From Luteitalea sp. (lineage in GTDB: Bacteria; Acidobacteriota; Vicinamibacteria; Vicinamibacterales; Vicinamibacteraceae): a DNA stretch of 24,000 nt. The DNA is taken from positions 40,160 to 64,159 of the forward strand of contig WHTZ01000015.1 of assembly GCA_009377495.1 (NCBI GenBank), written 5' to 3'. Below the pieces are notes generated by a model. The model did not search any database. It was given only the letters and a program-made list of their open reading frames with translations, and was not told where the DNA came from. This document shows positions 21,955-24,000 of the stretch, piece by piece (the stretch's first letter is position 1; each line of letters opens with the position of its first letter). The translations under genes and the position numbers were made by a program.

Positions 21955-23493
21955 ATGCCGCCTGTCTACATCGTTGGCGCCGGGCCGGGTGATCCAACGC
22001 TCATCACCTTGCGCGGTCACCGCCTCTTGACGAACGCGGATGTGGTGGTGCACGACCATCTCGTGCATCCCCGCTTGTTACGGTCGGGGCGGCCCGATGC
22101 TGAGTACATCGATGTTGGTGATGCTGCCCCGCGCCAAATCGCGCAGGAAGCCATTTGTTTGCTCCTGGTCGAGAAAGCGCGCGAAGGCAGGCACGTCGTT
22201 CGTCTCAAGTGGGGCGACCCCTTCGTCTTCGACAGCGGCGGAAAGGAAGCGCTGTTCCTTCACGAGCACGGCATTCCGTTCGAGGTCGTGCCAGGTGTGC
22301 CGGCGCTCGTCGCGCACGCGGCGTATGCGGGCATCCCATTGACCTACCCGGATGCGGGCGATGCCGTGACGCTCGTGCGCGGGTACGAGGACGGCACGAG
22401 CACGGCGCCGCAAATTAACTGGGAATCGGTCGCGCGTCTCGAGGGGTCGATTGCGTGCTACGCGGGACCCAGCCAGCTCGCACCGATTGTCACGGCGCTC
22501 CTCGACAACGGCTGCTCGCCGGATGAGGCGGCAGCGCTCGTGACCGATGGGACGCTTCCGCAGCAATCCACCGCACGGATGACGCTCGGCCAACTCGCCG
22601 ACCACGTCAAGAGCACACCGCCGACCGAGCCTGCGGTGCTCGTGGTTGGGCGGGTTGCGGGGCTGCGGGAGCACCTACGCTGGTTCGACGCCAGGCCGTT
22701 GTTCGGCCGCCGCATCGTGGTGACGCGCGCTCGGGAACAGGCGGGCGAGCTGGTCGAGCGGCTCGAAGAGCTCGGTGCGCAGGCGATTGAAGCGCCGACG
22801 ATTCGCATCGAGGCCGCGGCCGATCTTGCCCCGCTCGACGAAGCATGCGAACAGGCGAGCAGCTACGATTGGATCGTCTTTACCAGCGTCAACGGCGTGG
22901 AGCACTTCATGCGCCGTTTCCTGGGAGGGGGACGTGACATCCGGACCCTCAAGGGCCCCAGGCTTTGCGCCGTCGGACCGTCCACGGCGGAGCACCTGGC
23001 GCGCTACTACCTGCACGTCGCGGTCGTGCCGCCCGACGATCGGTCGGCGGCCATCGTGCGAGCCATGCGCGAGCGTGGCAGCCTGACCGGGCAGCGGGTG
23101 TTACTGCCGCGCACAGATATCGCGCGCGAGACGCTGCCGGACGAGTTGCGGCAGGCAGGCGCAGCCGTGGTTGAGGTCGCAGCCTACCGAACCGTGCGCG
23201 AACCGCCGTCACGGCAGGCAGATCCAGACATCTACAAGATGCTGCTCGAGGGTCAAATCGACGTCGTGACGTTTACGAGCGCATCGAGTGTGCGGCACTT
23301 CGTCACGAACATCGGCGAGGATCAGGCCGCCGACCTGCTCAGTCGAACAGCGGTTGCGTCGATTGGTCCCGTCACGGCGGAAGCGGCACAGCAGCTCGAG
23401 ATCAATACGACGATCATGCCAGCCAGCTACACGATTCCGGCGCTGGTCGACGCTATCGTGGCGTGGGCACAGGCAAACGGGGGAAAGGGATAG
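21955..23493 (+). CDS. cobA/hemD: Bifunctional uroporphyrinogen-III C-methyltransferase / uroporphyrinogen-III synthase
   Basis: N-terminal SUMT: VYIVGAGPGDPTLITLRG...ADVVVHD, VRLKWGDPFVFDSGGKE, FEVVPGVPA. The C-terminal half is HemD-like: RRIVVTRAREQAGELVERLEELGA, DWIVFTSVNGV, VVTFTSASSV. Confidence 0.9.
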   Translation: MPPVYIVGAGPGDPTLITLRGHRLLTNADVVVHDHLVHPRLLRSGRPDAEYIDVGDAAPRQIAQEAICLLLVEKAREGRHVVRLKWGDPFVFDSGGKEALFLHEHGIPFEVVPGVPALVAHAAYAGIPLTYPDAGDAVTLVRGYEDGTSTAPQINWESVARLEGSIACYAGPSQLAPIVTALLDNGCSPDEAAALVTDGTLPQQSTARMTLGQLADHVKSTPPTEPAVLVVGRVAGLREHLRWFDARPLFGRRIVVTRAREQAGELVERLEELGAQAIEAPTIRIEAAADLAPLDEACEQASSYDWIVFTSVNGVEHFMRRFLGGGRDIRTLKGPRLCAVGPSTAEHLARYYLHVAVVPPDDRSAAIVRAMRERGSLTGQRVLLPRTDIARETLPDELRQAGAAVVEVAAYRTVREPPSRQADPDIYKMLLEGQIDVVTFTSASSVRHFVTNIGEDQAADLLSRTAVASIGPVTAEAAQQLEINTTIMPASYTIPALVDAIVAWAQANGGKG

Positions 23494-23721
23494 CTAGGGT
23501 CGCGCAGACTCGCTTGGAACACCAGGCGCCACCGCGGGCGCGTCCATCTTCACGACCTTGCCAGACAGCACCTCACGCTGCGCCGTGACGATGTGCTTGT
23601 GCTCACCCGGCACACGTGGCACGCAACCCTTAATCAACTGCCGCACGCGTAGTCCCGACAGGACGACGAACTCGAAGGCATTCGGTAAGCGGTCTCGATC
23701 AATCACGGCTGTACCTTTCAC
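23494..23721 (-). CDS. rpoZ: DNA-directed RNA polymerase subunit omega
   Basis: NAFEFVVLSGLRVRQLIKG...KHIVTAQREVLSGKV matches the RpoZ helix pattern (N-R/K-[FY]-x-L-V-x-x-A-x-x-R-A-R-Q-L). Start is GTG at 23721, or GTG at 23706, which lies 7 nt after GAAAGG. The stop abuts the cobA/hemD stop. Confidence 0.75.
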   Translation of the reverse strand: MKGTAVIDRDRLPNAFEFVVLSGLRVRQLIKGCVPRVPGEHKHIVTAQREVLSGKVVKMDAPAVAPGVPSESARP

Positions 23722-23856
23722 GGGCGCACCGGGCCCAGCAGTGGCTTTGATGAGAGCTGAAACCGGAGCCGGGAAGGTCCGCGGCGGGTGGCAGAACTCA
23801 GGAAAGCGGAACCTAACGAGAGCCTGAGTATATCAGATGCTAGACTAGGGCGATCC

Positions 23857-24000
23857 ATGAACGTGACCGAGCTCGCAACCTTCGCGATCACAAAACGGCT
23901 GCGACGGCTCCGACAGACGGAGAGCTTCCGCGCCTTGGTACGCGAGACGCGCCTCACGCCGGACGCGCTGGTGTATCCGCTGTTTGCATGCCCTGGTGAG
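23857..24000 (+). CDS. hemB: Porphobilinogen synthase (delta-aminolevulinate dehydratase), N-terminal fragment running off the right edge
   Basis: My own translation from ATG 23857 is [48 protein letters not shown]. This matches the conserved HemB N-terminus (R-x-RRLR...R-x-LV-x-E-T-x-L...L-I-x-P-L-F). It is absent from the ORF track because it has no stop in the window. Confidence 0.8.
   Translation, partial: MNVTELATFAITKRLRRLRQTESFRALVRETRLTPDALVYPLFACPGE

Overview
This is a GC-rich bacterial chromosomal segment (about two-thirds G+C by eye, not computed), densely coding on both strands. I saw no rRNA, tRNA, CRISPR array, transposase or integrase.

Gene order, left to right:
- MFS transporter 3' fragment (+), rhomboid protease (+), small cupin (-).
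- Fused E1 alpha/beta TPP-dependent 2-oxoacid dehydrogenase (+).
- Three tightly spaced genes: S1C/PDZ protease, LuxR-type regulator, HtrA-like S1C/PDZ protease (+).
- ABC-2 exporter ATPase and permease (+).
- Secreted beta-rich protein (-), ACT-domain protein (-), EamA/DMT transporter (-).
- A short ATP synthase Fo unit, atpZ-like, atpI-like, atpB, atpE (-), which ends at a good intrinsic terminator. A small Pro/Gly-rich signal-anchored protein (-) lies upstream of it.
- Two tandem VWFA-type secreted proteins (+).
- A tetrapyrrole cluster: ccsA/hemX-like, hemA, hemC, cobA/hemD, hemB (+).

The tetrapyrrole cluster is interrupted twice. One interruption is a two-gene signalling module, the other is an opposite-strand rpoZ.

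The paired VWFA proteins with the N-terminal strand motif typical of the Acidobacterial VWFA family suggest an Acidobacteriota-like origin. That is inference only.

The most unusual object is the ORF at 19424-20584. It joins a Sec signal peptide, a POTRA-like domain and a too-short Omp85-like beta region directly to a complete histidine-kinase ATPase (HATPase_c) domain. It has no transmembrane segment and no HisKA/DHp phosphoacceptor domain. It is translationally coupled (ATGA overlap) to an intact sigma-54-dependent NtrC-family regulator and is preceded by a sigma-54-like -24/-12 element and a palindrome.

Other points worth a second look:
- The protease-LuxR-protease trio, where neither protease has an export signal.
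- Several strongly structured or repeat-bearing intergenic regions: the cupin/E1 divergent region, the ABC leader, the atpB-atpE spacer and the hemA-hemC spacer.
- Promoter-like elements sitting so close to start codons that they imply leaderless mRNAs.

Many long ORFs in the six-frame track are antisense or off-frame artefacts of the high GC content and were rejected.
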